Assembly (NCBI RefSeq): GCF_964213995.1
Contig: NW_027590802.1
Span: 62,001-126,000, forward strand
From: Mustelus asterias
Lineage: Eukaryota
Reading direction: 5' to 3'
Length of the DNA: 64,000 bases
The notes beneath the pieces are model-generated. The model was not told where the DNA came from, did not search any database, and saw only the letters and a program-made list of their open reading frames with translations. How positions within the stretch are numbered: the stretch's first letter is position 1; every line of letters begins with the position of its first letter. The position numbers were made by a program, and so were the translations under genes. Positions 1 through 11,718 of the stretch are shown here, piece after piece.

Positions 1-2585
1 GAGAGTGAAGTGCCGTCTTAATGTTATTATCGTTTTAATCAGCTTTAATTTAATTGTAATTTTCACAATTCAGTTATAATTGCTGGAATATAATGATAAA
101 TATCTGTTTTTTAACCAGTAATCCGTTTATGTCGTTCATTGGAAGGGAACACCCGCAATCACTGTTACCATAAAGACATTGGTTACAGAGACTCCATTGA
201 GATTCCCCTAAGATGTTAGCAACCAGTGAACCAACACTGAACTCATGCTGGAATGTTAATACCAGTTACTGAACAATCCACTGAACTAGTGAAAGAATCA
301 ACTGTCCCTTTAAATCGCCTTGATCAACATTTCAAACAGTGCACCCCACCCGAAACCTGCTCGCCCTCTCCCCCCGCCCCCCACCGCCCCAACCACCCCC
401 CCCTCCCCCCCCCCCCCCCACTCCCACCCCGCCTAGTCCCTCTCGCTATCTTATAGATCTTTTATCCATGAGGCCTTGAATCCCTTCAACTGTACCATCC
501 AACAATTCCAGTTAATCTTCTTGCTGCATTCTTCCTAAAGCTTTGTTTCACTGTCCTGTTTCGACGACAAATATTTATCCGCCATACGATTCTGCTCCAG
601 GATTAAATTATCTCAAACCAATTAAACAACGGGAGCTATTGAAGCATTTGATCGAGTCAAAGCTTTCTTAAGGTGTTGAATATCATCCGAATTCCGATGT
701 TACAGTCAGATCATATTTGTTCTGACCACGGTCTGAAATGTCTTTTTAAAAATCTTAAAAATCCACTGCGGAAACTGGAAGTCTGAAATAAAGACTGAAA
801 ATGCTGGGCTGTACCAGTCGTACTGACAGCATCTGTGGAGAGAGAAACAGAGTTAATATTTCGAGTCCTGTGGACTGATGGCTGCAACGGATACAATGAC
901 CGATTGGCTGAAAAGCCTCTTTCCGTGCTGCAAAATCCTGTGCCTTTTATGAATCTATTTCGGAACTGCCCACCAGTTTATATTATGGAGGCCATTGTCT
1001 CTGTGTACATTAGAATCGATCTTGTCTTTGTTACAATTCTTACAGAACCTCTCTGTTTATATTACCAAAAAAAAACACACTCTTAATACGCTTGACCCTC
1101 TTTCAGTGTCTACTGAACTGGACCCAGTCTTCCTTCATATCAGTGCAGGTGATGTGTCAATAATTGGTGTACTAGGCCTTTTCTTTGTATTATTAAAACT
1201 GATCATGTTAGGTGGATTAGCCATGCTAAATTGCCCCTTACTGTCGAAAGATGTGTAGGTTATATGGATTCGCTATTTTAAATGCGCGTGGTTTAAGGGA
1301 TATGACAAAGACGAGGGCCGAGATGGAATGCAGAAGCGTTGGGCCAGATGGTCTCTTTCTGCACTGTAGAGTTATATGGTTCTATGTCCATGAAATATTT
1401 CATCATTTCCTGCGTCAGATATTTGAGCGCTTTCTTATTTTTCAATAACCCTCAATGGAGAAAATGACCTTTGCTTTAGCAATTTCCATTCAGTTGTCCC
1501 AGTGATAGCCTTCAATCCATTTCTGCCTTCTGTGAGTGTACAAAAACTCCAATCACTCCATGCATTTGAATTAAAGATTATTTAAAAATGTAATTATTTA
1601 TTGATAACCGTTCTGTTGTGCGTTGTTGCTTTTGGAGTGATTTCAGATAGTCTATTTCGTTCCCAGCATCGACTCTCATGTCTTTCGAGCTCAGTTGGAA
1701 AATTGATTTAATCACGTCGTGAATGAGGAGCGGATTACTGACAAATGATTAACTCAACCTCTCACAGAAAGTCCTCACACAAAATTCGAATGCGCAAATG
1801 ATGGCACAAACGATCCTGGGCTGTACTTGACAGGAGATAAAGACTCTCGGAATTCTCAGACTTCTTATTGCTGAGAATGGAAACCTTTGCTTCTCGCCAG
1901 AGAATGTGCAATATTTCTGTTTCTACAAATTTGAACGTTACCTTTCCAAATCACACAGTAATCGCCCGAAATATTTTAGACTGATTGAACTCCCTGCAGA
2001 TTGTACAATCTAGAAAATTTGATTTAAAAAATGAATGAGGATTACATGTAGCATAAAGAGAGACCAGACCTTGTGTAATGTACAAAGTAGTAGGGGCTGG
2101 TGTATATGGGCTGCAGAGATTCAAGGCGGCAGCTCATCACCACTTTATATGGGTCAATAAGAGCAGGCAACCAATTCTGACCTAACCAGCGACGTCCACA
2201 TGCTATAAATTATGAATAAAGACAGATATGCCAGTGCAATGATAACATAACCTCTTCATGGGAGTAATATAAACCAATATTTGTGCTGCATGGAAAAAGA
2301 GAGACTGGACCTGCTATAACTTTAGAATAAACAGAAAAGTTATTTGTGTGATCAGTAAAGAAAAGTACTTTGTCTAATAATAACTAGGAGGAGTCAAATG
2401 TACCAAACCAGAGATAGGTCCTTATTCTGAATTGATTGTGAAACTGTTTGCAGAAGTAATCGTAGAAAGTTAGAGTGCTAGAATTTGAATAACCGGCTCA
2501 AGTCTATCAATAACAGAGACTGTCGGGCCTGTGGACAGACTTGACGCTGATATAAGGAAACAGTGATTCTTATGGCCTTAACGCA

Positions 2586-2833
2586 GGTTTCTGTGTCATT
2601 GTGAGTGACACAGCGATTTGTGTGGTAAATACGGAGAGAAATGTCACGACAAACACAGGAGTGACTAACTCCAATCTGACTGAGGGTTAATATTCCCAAG
2701 GCGGACCCCAGAGATTTTTGATATCTGAGGCGACAATGCTGCATCTGTCAGAGGAACAGAAAATCACCTGTTCCTTCTCATTCTTACCAATAGTTCCCCA
2801 CTTACACAGACAGACAAATGTCCGATCTGGCAT
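2586..2833 (-). pseudogene. Possible internally deleted V-segment relic in inverted orientation, with a 23-RSS
   Basis: Minus strand: short ATG exon with GTAAGT donor (2805); acceptor TTCCTCTGACAG (2745); FR3-like GILTLSQIGVSHSCV; then CACACAA-23-ACAGAAACC. Confidence 0.35.
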
Positions 2834-4009
2834 CTTGCAGAAAACAAGGTTTAAATCTTCAGCTTAGCACATGCGATGACTAAAATTTGAAATTTCAAAA
2901 CCTCATCGGAGGAAAAACTGTGCATCAAATATGAAGGGTAATTGTGCTTTTTCTAAACAACTTATATCGTGTGTTATTCTGTTGAAAGCGATTATTTGTA
3001 AAGTGTAATGAATATCGGAATTGTTCCTGGCAATTATCAACACACTCAAGTTCTGTTAAAAGACAGGATTGGCACAAGACGACAGCTATATAAATATTCT
3101 CTTCTATTAAGTCTCAGTAAAGGACGGAGATGGATAGAGAAAGGATGTTAAAATAATGGAAGGTAACTTATGCTATCATTTCCCGGCTTCAGAGAACAGA
3201 GGGAGCTCGGTGACTGATCCACTGACCATTCAGTTATCTCCTGGAATGGAAGCGCTAAATAGATCATAACAGGCTCATTTGTAATTGTCACAGCAAGGTG
3301 ACTACTGTGACTCTGCCCTAACGCTGTGGACAGATATCGGCTGTCTTGACAGATCTTCTCATCAGATTGTGGCCCCTGGATTTATTTTCTGCTCAGAAGT
3401 GAGATGTGCGGTTTGGAACCGGCAGCAGAGAAACACCAAGTTGTTCAAACCAGCCGGAGTCAGTTTGATGTTATCTCCATGAACAGTCTTCCTGCCTGTG
3501 AAGGTGAACTCACTCTGAGAGCACCAAGAAAAAACAGAGAGATTACTGCCGCTCTCAGCATTACATTTACATCCATTCCAATTTTAAAGAATAAAACCAA
3601 TGACAATATTTGGGTTTTAACACATTAACTGAAGGGGACTTGGAGAAAAAAAAGGAAAATTCAAGCAATAATTTTGCTCACAGAGTTATTCTAGAACAGA
3701 AAAATGTAAATGTGTTAGGTGTTGTGTGGGAGTAAGTGAGGGGACAGGTAATGTGAGTGAAATAGTCTGTTTCTCTCACTGAATTTCCTCTGATGAGAAT
3801 TTTGTGATTCATCTTTTCAGTTAGAAGGTACCTGAAGCAAAAACTTAAGCATTGTTTACTACTAGCTGCCAGGTCCGGCAGGTACCTGTTTTTGTCAGTT
3901 GATGGACTGAGAGAGAGGGAGAAGAGAGGTTATCTGATTTAGGTACAGTCTGAGACAGAGAAAGGAGAATACAAGCACAGTCAGTCATTTGAAAGATGCA
4001 TTGCCTTAT

Positions 4010-5930
4010 CAGCGGAAGGCACAGTGGTTCGCACTGCTGCCTCAAAGTGCCAGGGACCCGGGTTTGATTCCTGTCTTGGGTCACTGTCTGTGTGGAGTTC
4101 GCACATTCTCCGCGTGTCTGCATGGGTTTCCTCCGGGTACTCCGGTTTCCTCCCAGAATCTGAAAGACGTGCTGGTTAGGCACATTGGTCCGAGCAGGCG
4201 CCGGAGTTTGGCGAATACGGCAATTTCACAGTAACTTCATTGCAGTGCTAATGCAAGCCTTACTTGTGAATAATAAAATAAAATAAACATCTCTTTTAGG
4301 AGCGTCCAGGGCAATTCATTACCTTTAGGCATTGACTGAGGCATAGGATCCATAAGTGAATACTCAATAAATTATCATAACATGCTTAAAGACAATTACA
4401 GTTAATTGCAGCTCAGTTTTGTAAACAATGAAAAAATATATGTTTCAGATGCAACCACATCCACACTAACACATACAAGTGCACTCACAGGGGTGGTATG
4501 GTTACAAAATGGCTAACACTGCTCTCTTACGACTAACCCAGGTTCAATGTTGGCCTTGGGGGTCTGTCTGTGTGAGGTTGCACGTTCTGCCTCTTGGGTT
4601 TCTTTCTCGGTGCTTCGTTTCCTCCCACAGCCCAAAGATGTGCATCTTCGGTGGATTGGTCATGCTAAATTAACCTTTAGTATCTATTTGCATTGCAACA
4701 TTGAGACGTTTATTCAGTTCCTAAGTCTCTTTTGAATCAGATCATGTTACAAGATTCACCCCAAGCTTCCAAACAAATATTACACACAATACGAGAGTGA
4801 TTAGATATCGTGCACAACAGCTAATAGTTATTAAGAAGACGAAACGTATTTTTCCAACCAAAGGCGATTGACAGCTTTCACCCATACGCATATATAATAT
4901 TTTTAAAAAGTTAATATCCATCAAGTCAACTAGTTCTCTTTCTCTCCCTTTCTCTCTCTCTCTTTCTCTCTCTCTCTCACACTAACTATCAAATGCTTTT
5001 TGTAGAGAAGTAATAACTGAGACAGTCTCCGTTTTATTATTAGAACCCAATGTAATACAAATCGAGTCACACGTCCGTTTAATAATGAATTAAATAGAGC
5101 CGAGCACCATAATAACCGAGAAGGAGCCTAATGGAACATAATGGACACTTTATGCAGATAAACAACACTGGAGAAATGAAAACTCGTAGTTTATCTCGCG
5201 GCATTTCCCCGTGTATTAATAAATGAAACTGCATAGAATGTAATGTGAATAGATACAATGTCTGTGACAATAATCTCTCAGAAGGAGTCAAATGTAGTAT
5301 ATAAAGAGGCATGGCCTAGTGCATGACTGGATGCGACTCCACCTAAAGTAATCAGTGTCTAACGTAGCAATAACCGAGAAAGGATTAATTGGGGCACAAA
5401 TAGAAGCAAGGCACTGTGCATTAATAAACTAAACTTCAGATCGCGTTATGAACATACGTACAGTGTTGGAAGAAAGATAAAATGAAACATGTCTAGTCCA
5501 GTCATAACTGAAACAATTCATATGCAAGAAAACGATTGCATGGTTAAATGCAGTAATAATTGAAGTATTCAAACTCAATAATTGAGTGTAATCAAACTAA
5601 ACTCAATGTGCAGTGAAATAGAAACGCACACATGGCCGCACTATAGCAAGTGTGGGGCGACATAGTGGTACAGTGGTTAGCACGGCTGCCTCACAGCGCC
5701 AGCGACCTGGTTTCGTTTCCTGGCTTAGGTTCTCCCTCTGTCTCTATTGATTTGCCTCCGGGTGCTCCGGCTTCCTCCCACAGTCCAAAAGATGTGCTGG
5801 TTCTGTGCATTTTCCATGCTAACCTCTCCCGCAGTGTACCCGAACAAGTGCCAGAGAGTGGCGACTGGGGGATTTTCACAATAACTCAATTGCAGTGTTA
5901 ATGTAAGCCTACTTGAGACTCTAATAAATA
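4010..5930 (+). mobile_element. Three separate V-SINE copies (~4010-4290, ~4490-4680, ~5652-5930)
   Basis: tRNA-like head and V-domain core in each. Confidence 0.75.
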
Positions 5931-8029
5931 AGTAAAAACGTAAAAAAAAGTTCAGTTGTAGGTTCCACGGAATTATAGCCGAATTCAGTAAAAACAGTAT
6001 AAGATCTGATGTTACGAAACCTGAGAGGATCAATTGCCGTGGTGACAGAGAAAGACTTGGTACAGTAATACCGCTCCAATAATACTCAAAGATGCTGAGT
6101 GTTTCTGGCATGTTTATTTTTTCAGATCCCATGCATCTGCAGTATCATGTTTTTGCGCAACCAGACATTGGATGACTAAAAGGATGGTCAATAAAGGGAC
6201 AGTTTTATGGATTGAGTTAAATGAGGAAAGTGAGATAAAGAGATGTAGTGAGGGAATAATAGAGTTTAAGGGCTAGGTAGGTGAAGGCATCACAAACTGA
6301 ACGAGATGAGCGCTTTCTGATCGTATGGACATTTATCCTATCGTTCCAGCAGGACTCATCCAGCCAATTGGAGAGAATCCCATTACACTCCTGACTTGTA
6401 ACTTGTGGATGTTGGACAGGTTTTGGGGAGTCAGGAAGTGAGTTATTCGCCACAGGATGCTTATCAGGTGTTTTGATAATCTAGCGGAACAATAATTTGG
6501 CAATCCAGCATCCAGCGACTGCTCAGTGGTATTCGCCAACGTGTTTAAAATGGGCGATTCAGCGTTGGTAAAGCCATTGAATGTCAAGGGGCAATTATAA
6601 GAACTTTTCTTGTTGGAGATGTCGTTGCATGTCACTTGTGTGACGCAAAACGGTATTAATAATCATCAATTCAGAAAGAGAGAAAGTTATATTGACCAAT
6701 GCCGATAAATTCAATAGATTACTGTACTTTAGATTACTATAGCATACTACATGCTATAATTACCATAATTTACAAAAATAAATAATTGTTTTCACTAATT
6801 ATCATCAGTTCACAAACATGAATAATTATTTCACCAATTACCATCAATTCACAAAGATAAATAATTATTTCACCAATTATTTTCAGAAGTTTATTATATA
6901 CGAAATGCAGTGGTTTATTTAATGCAATTTTTTGAGATTGAAATGCATTGAGATCACTTTGGCATTTCTGTCACCAAGGAATTAATTCTGTCCCAGAACT
7001 CAGTGAGAAATGGAATTAATTCAGACCGAGGACAATGACCAGCTACTCGGCAGCCTCTGCGCTTTATTGGCAAGTAATACCCTCACCATCAGACAGAAAC
7101 TCCTGATATATAACTGGAGCGTGTGATCATTTTGAAAGTGACAGGATGAGTGGAAAAAAAAACCTGTACATTAGACTAGGTTGTTGATTCTTAAAATCCC
7201 GACTAATTGTTAAACTATTTGGGAATGTTTCTATTGCCACTGAGGATATGCTCAATGATTTGTTGCACATGAAAGGACCACAAGTTCCAAATATATGCCC
7301 TCCTTAACCTAATCATTTTCCCTTATTTTTATCTCGGAAATGAATATTTTCACTATCAGTAAAGAACCATCAGTCCCGCCGAAAAATCTCCTCCATCTCT
7401 TAATGAATGCTAGCTCCCGATAACCTAGGGATGGATTTCACCCAGAAAAACTGGATGAGTGGAAGGTATTAAACAGACACAAATAGAATAAAGGAGCTGC
7501 TTCAACTTATGAGGTAGTCAAGTACAAATATGGGAATGTAGAACACCATCTTTCAGGGACATCTACCGACGCATCCATCAATTAATTCACTGATTTCTCA
7601 ATTCAGGTTTTCAGGCACCCAACTATCATTCATTCCTGCATCAACGCAATCATCCGTTTATTTTTTTGGGTTGATGGTGGCGTAATATTAATGCCATTGG
7701 ACGTAATCCAGAGGCTCAGACCAATGATGTGGGGATAGGTGTTTAAATCCGACAGTGGCAGCTGGTGAGATTGAAATGAAACAATCTGGAAGATATACCG
7801 ATGGTGACCAGGGAATCCTCTCTCATTCCCCAATGTAGAAAATCCGCCATCCCTACCTGCTCTCACCAAGATGTGACTCCAGACGGACCACAATATGGCT
7901 GACCCTTCAATGTCTTATGAGATGCCGTAGCAAAGCGCTCAATTCATGAACAGTTAGGGGCGGGAAAGGAATATTGGTCTTGACAGTGATCCCACAGCCC
8001 CTGAAAACAAAGGGAGAAAAAAACCCAAA

Positions 8030-9520
8030 TATGCATGTTTACGCATTACAACAGCTATAGAAAACTTTGTGTAGGCCGTACTTGGAGTACTGCTTGGATT
8101 TCTGGTCACCACACTACTAGAAGGACGTGGAAGCTTTGAAGAGAGTGCAACGAAGTTACATCACGATGTTGCCTGGTCTCGAGGGTGTTGCCTCTGAGCG
8201 GAGGTTGAATACACTGGGATTGTTTCCGAGGAAAATGCAACTGGTTTGATCAGTAAGTTTGCTGATAACACAAAGGTTGGTGGATTTGCAGATCGTGATT
8301 AGGACGTTGAGAGGATACAGCAGGACATAAATCTGTTGGAGACTTAGGCGGAGAGATGCAAGATAGAGTTTACTCCGGACAAATATGAGGTAATGCGTCA
8401 AGAAGGCATACAGCATGCTTACCTTCATCGGTCGGGCCATTGAGTTTAAAAATTGGCAAGTCATGTATAAGAAAATCCAAGTTTATAATAGCCTGTGCTC
8501 ATAGCCAACACCATCGAGACCAGGCATGTTGCAGCTTTATAGAATCTGAGTTAGGCTGGATTTGGAATATAGAGTTCAATGCTGGTCACCACACTACCAG
8601 AAGGATGTGGAGGCTTTGGACAGTGTACAGAATAGATTTAACAAGATGTTGCATGGTATGGAGGGCATTAGCGATGCTGACAGGTTGGAGAAACTTGGTT
8701 TGTTCTCACTGGAACGACGGAGGTTGAAGGGCGATCTCATAGATGTCTACCAGATTACGAGGGGCGTGCACAGAGTGGATAGTCAGAAGCTTTTTCGCAG
8801 GGTGGAAGAGTCAGTCACTGGGGGTCATAGGTTTGACGTGCGAGGGGCAAGGTTTAAAGGCGATGGACCGGGCAAGTGTTTTGCACAGAGGGTGTTGGGT
8901 GCCTGGAACTCGCTGATAGGGGAGGTCGTGGAAGCAGATACGACAGGGGCGCCTTGACAAATGCATGAATAGGATGGGAATAGAAAGATACGATCCCCGG
9001 AAGGGGGTGTTTAAGTTCAGTCTGGCAGTATGGTCGGTGCAGGCTTGGAGGGCCGAAGAGCCTGTTCCTGTGCTGCAATTTTCATTGTTCTTTGTTCTTT
9101 GTTTTCACTGGAAAGACGGAGGCTGAGGGGAGACCTGATAGTGGTGTACAAAACTTTGAGAGACATAGACATGATGGATAGTCAGAGGCTGTTTCAAAGG
9201 GTGGTAGTGTCAATTACAAGGGGGCACAGGCTCAAGGTGTAAGGGTGAAAATTAATGGGAGGAATGCACGGAAAGTTTTTCAGGCAGAAAGTGCTGGGTG
9301 CCTGGAACCCGCTACCAGAGCAGGTGGTGGAAGGAGGCACATTCGCATCATTTAAGAGGTAACTGCGTGGGTACATGAGTATGGAGGAAATAGAGGGGTA
9401 CAGACCAAGTAAGGGCAGAAAGTTTCTTCTTTTGTTTTGTTGGGACATTATAATCGGCACAGGCTTGGAGGGCCAAAAGGCCTGCTCCTGTACTGCAATT
9501 TTCTTTATTCTTTGTTCTTT
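8030..9520 (+). mobile_element. Tandem CR1 3' fragments
   Basis: WSPHY.KD and FSLERRRLRGDLI motifs; two 3' tails. Confidence 0.8.
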
Positions 9521-9711
9521 TTCTTTAACATCAGTCCTCTCTTTGAGTCATCTCTCACAGTCTACCTGCATTTCTTTTCAACCAACCATCGCAATGTCCT
9601 GATGTGTTGGTGAGATCATCATTGTTGCTAACAATGTGCCAGAGAACCTGGTTAACTTTCCTGTCCTGAGAAATGGGAATAGTTTTATAAAGTTTACAAC
9701 TTGATAAAAGT

Positions 9712-10056
9712 AACACAGTGGTTAGCATAGTGGTTCGCACTGCTGCTTCACAGCTCCAGGGACCTGGGTTCGATTCCCGGCTTGGGTCACTGTCTGTGTG
9801 GAGTTTGCACATTCTCCTCGTGTCTGCGTGGGTTTCCTCCGGGTGCTCCGGTTTCCTCCCATAGTCCAAAGATGTGCGGGTTAGGTTGATTGGCCACGCT
9901 AAAATTGCCCCTTAGTGTCCTGAGATGCGTAGGTTAGAGGGATTAGTGGGTAAAATATGTAGGGATATGGGGGTAGGGCCTGGGTGGGATTGTGGTCGGT
10001 GCAGACTCGATGGGCCGAATGGCCTCTTTCTGTACTGTAGGGATTCTATGATTCTA
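9712..10056 (+). mobile_element. tRNA-derived V-SINE (HE1-like)
   Basis: A/B-box head, GGGTTTCCTCCGGGTGCTCCGGTTTCCTCCCA core, LINE-like tail. Confidence 0.88.
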
Positions 10057-10688
10057 AATTGCCTCCAGTCTTGTTGCTAGGTAGATTTGTTTATGAATAT
10101 TCCTCATTGATACTGTTAAGAATTTGACGTTTGCACCCAACATTCTCTGCCTGAAAAACTTCCCCCACACATCTCCCTTAGACTTTACAGACAAGCGGTC
10201 AGTACTGAGGAAACAAATCTTTGATTTGCAAGTATAAACACCACCAGATGTTTCCTGTGAATAACTTTGGGCGTTTGGCAACCGGCTGGATTGCTGCTAA
10301 ATGCTGTGTGGGGCAGATTAGCGTGAATTGAATTAACCCTGCATTGTTGCAAAATAGACGGATGGTCTCTTTATTCTCTGAAAACGTAATTCAGTTTAGT
10401 TTTATCTGCTTGCTAAAGGGTGCGGAAATTAAATAATTACATTTACAATAGAATCAGCGTTTTTAAAGCAGAGACGATGAACTGCAATATCACCATTAGA
10501 AATGGGACATTACAATGAATCTATTCAGTCAAACCAATTTCCCTACACCAATAAAAGGTCAATTTTAATAACAATGCATTGTAAATGTCAGAGTCCATTC
10601 TGTTGGGCGCATGGAAGATGGGACGTGGATCCAATCGCCGCCTCCACCAGGGAATCAAAAGGCTGGAAAGTCGCGCCCTTCAGCCGGG

Positions 10689-10696
10689 TATTTAAA
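10689..10696 (+). promoter_or_regulatory. TATA-like box of the VH gene
   Basis: TATTTAAA about 90-100 nt upstream of the leader ATG. Confidence 0.55.
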
Positions 10697-10787
10697 TGCC
10701 GCTCACTGGGACCGGAATACAACAGTCCGGGAGCTGGTTTGTTCACTGAGTTCCTGACACAACCATTTCCCCTAAATGACCAGAAGG

Positions 10788-10833
10788 ATGAGGTCGACGA
10801 TGTCTCTCAGTTTGTTGCTGACTTTCTTATCCG
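10788..10833 (+). CDS. IGHV: IgH V leader exon (MRSTMSLSLLLTFLS-G); an in-frame upstream ATG at 10776 is an alternative start
   Basis: Hydrophobic signal peptide; phase-1 donor G|GTGAG at 10834; intron 10834-10960 ends TTTGTACAG. Confidence 0.9.
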
Positions 10834-10960
10834 GTGAGCAGATTTATTGTCCAAGCCTCTCACTGTTACTGTCTCATTGTTATTTTATCTATGGAATGTT
10901 GCAGAGTCAGCACTCATTTCACCAGGATTCATCCTCGTGTTTTTTGATATATTTGTACAG

Positions 10961-11276
10961 GTGTCCAGTCGGAGATTATGTTCGCTCAGCCAAAGGCAGA
11001 GACCGGGCATCCCGGAGGCTCCATGAGACTGACCTGCAAAACCTACGGGTTCAATCTCGGTAACGCTCACATGCACTGGATCCGACAGGTTCCCGGAGAG
11101 GCGCCGGAGTGGTTGGTTTACTACCAAACTTCATCAAGCAACCTGTACGCCCCAGGGATTCAGAATCGATTTACTCCCTCCAAAGACACTTCAACCAACA
11201 TCTTCTCTTTGGCCGTAACTGACCTGAAGACCCAAGGCACCGCCATCTATTACTGTACAGTAGACCATGGGGGTAT
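10961..11276 (+). CDS. IGHV: IgM-type VH exon with germline-joined D ([28 protein letters not shown]...WIRQVPG...RFTPSKDTS...[12 protein letters not shown])
   Basis: Open frame with the canonical Cys, Trp and YYC, and shark IgM VH-like framework. YYC is followed by a G-rich D-like stretch and then a 12-bp RSS instead of a V 23-RSS. Confidence 0.92.
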
Positions 11277-11304
11277 CACAGCATTGACTGCCAATACAAA
11301 AATC
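11277..11304 (+). other. 12-bp-spacer RSS 3' of the fused VD
   Basis: CACAGCA (11277-83), 12 nt TTGACTGCCAAT, ACAAAAATC (11296-11304). Confidence 0.9.
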
Positions 11305-11631
11305 CCCTCAGCGCATATTAAGTGTGGCTAGGTCAGTGTCGCTTTTACAGTCCAACTCTATTTACAGTGAAGTACTGTTTATGTTCAACTCTGTTCAAAT
11401 AACACAGTTTAACATGGGAGATCTGTGATAACCATTCAATTATCAGTCGGTATTTTCAATAACATGTTCATGTGACATTCTGTGAAATAGGAAAGATTCC
11501 GATCATTTATGGAGAGCGAAAAGTACTAAAAATACAATTATAATTTCATGAAAAAACATTGCGAATTTACTTTGCCGCAAGATTATGAATAGTTAAAATA
11601 AAGATAGTTTATGTCGTTTTTGTGCAGGTCC

Positions 11632-11670
11632 GGTTATTGAATCACCCAGCCCAGGGGGTGTAACACAGTG
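11632..11670 (-). other. 23-bp-spacer RSS 5' of JH
   Basis: GGTTATTGA (11632-40), 23 nt, CACAGTG (11664-70), directly abutting the J coding sequence; the nonamer has 2 mismatches to consensus. Confidence 0.85.
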
Positions 11671-11718
11671 ATCCTATGGACGGCTGGGGACAAGGGACCA
11701 TGTTGACGGTGACTGGAG
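11671..11718 (+). CDS. IGHJ: JH segment (PMDGWGQGTMLTVTG)
   Basis: WGxG motif typical of heavy-chain J; phase-1 donor G|GTATG at 11719. Confidence 0.92.

Noticed and set aside
253-456. Proline-rich ORF
   Set aside because: Arises from a poly-C low-complexity tract; no gene structure
3271-3545. Minus-strand strong acceptor, GDNIKLT-like peptide and CACAGTA heptamer suggesting another V relic
   Set aside because: No canonical Cys or Trp, only ~205 nt long, and the nonamer-like sequence is 20 nt away, fitting neither 12 nor 23
11266-11304. Reading the VH signal as a decayed 23-RSS (CATGGGG-23-nonamer)
   Set aside because: CACAGCA at exactly 12 nt is a far better heptamer
10978-11331. ORF-track 117-aa protein as a stand-alone gene
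   Set aside because: It is the V exon read from an internal ATG through the RSS
11615-11623. Near-consensus nonamer CGTTTTTGT upstream of JH, possibly a D-segment RSS
   Set aside because: No heptamer at 12 or 23 nt; the J RSS is explained by GGTTATTGA-23-CACAGTG
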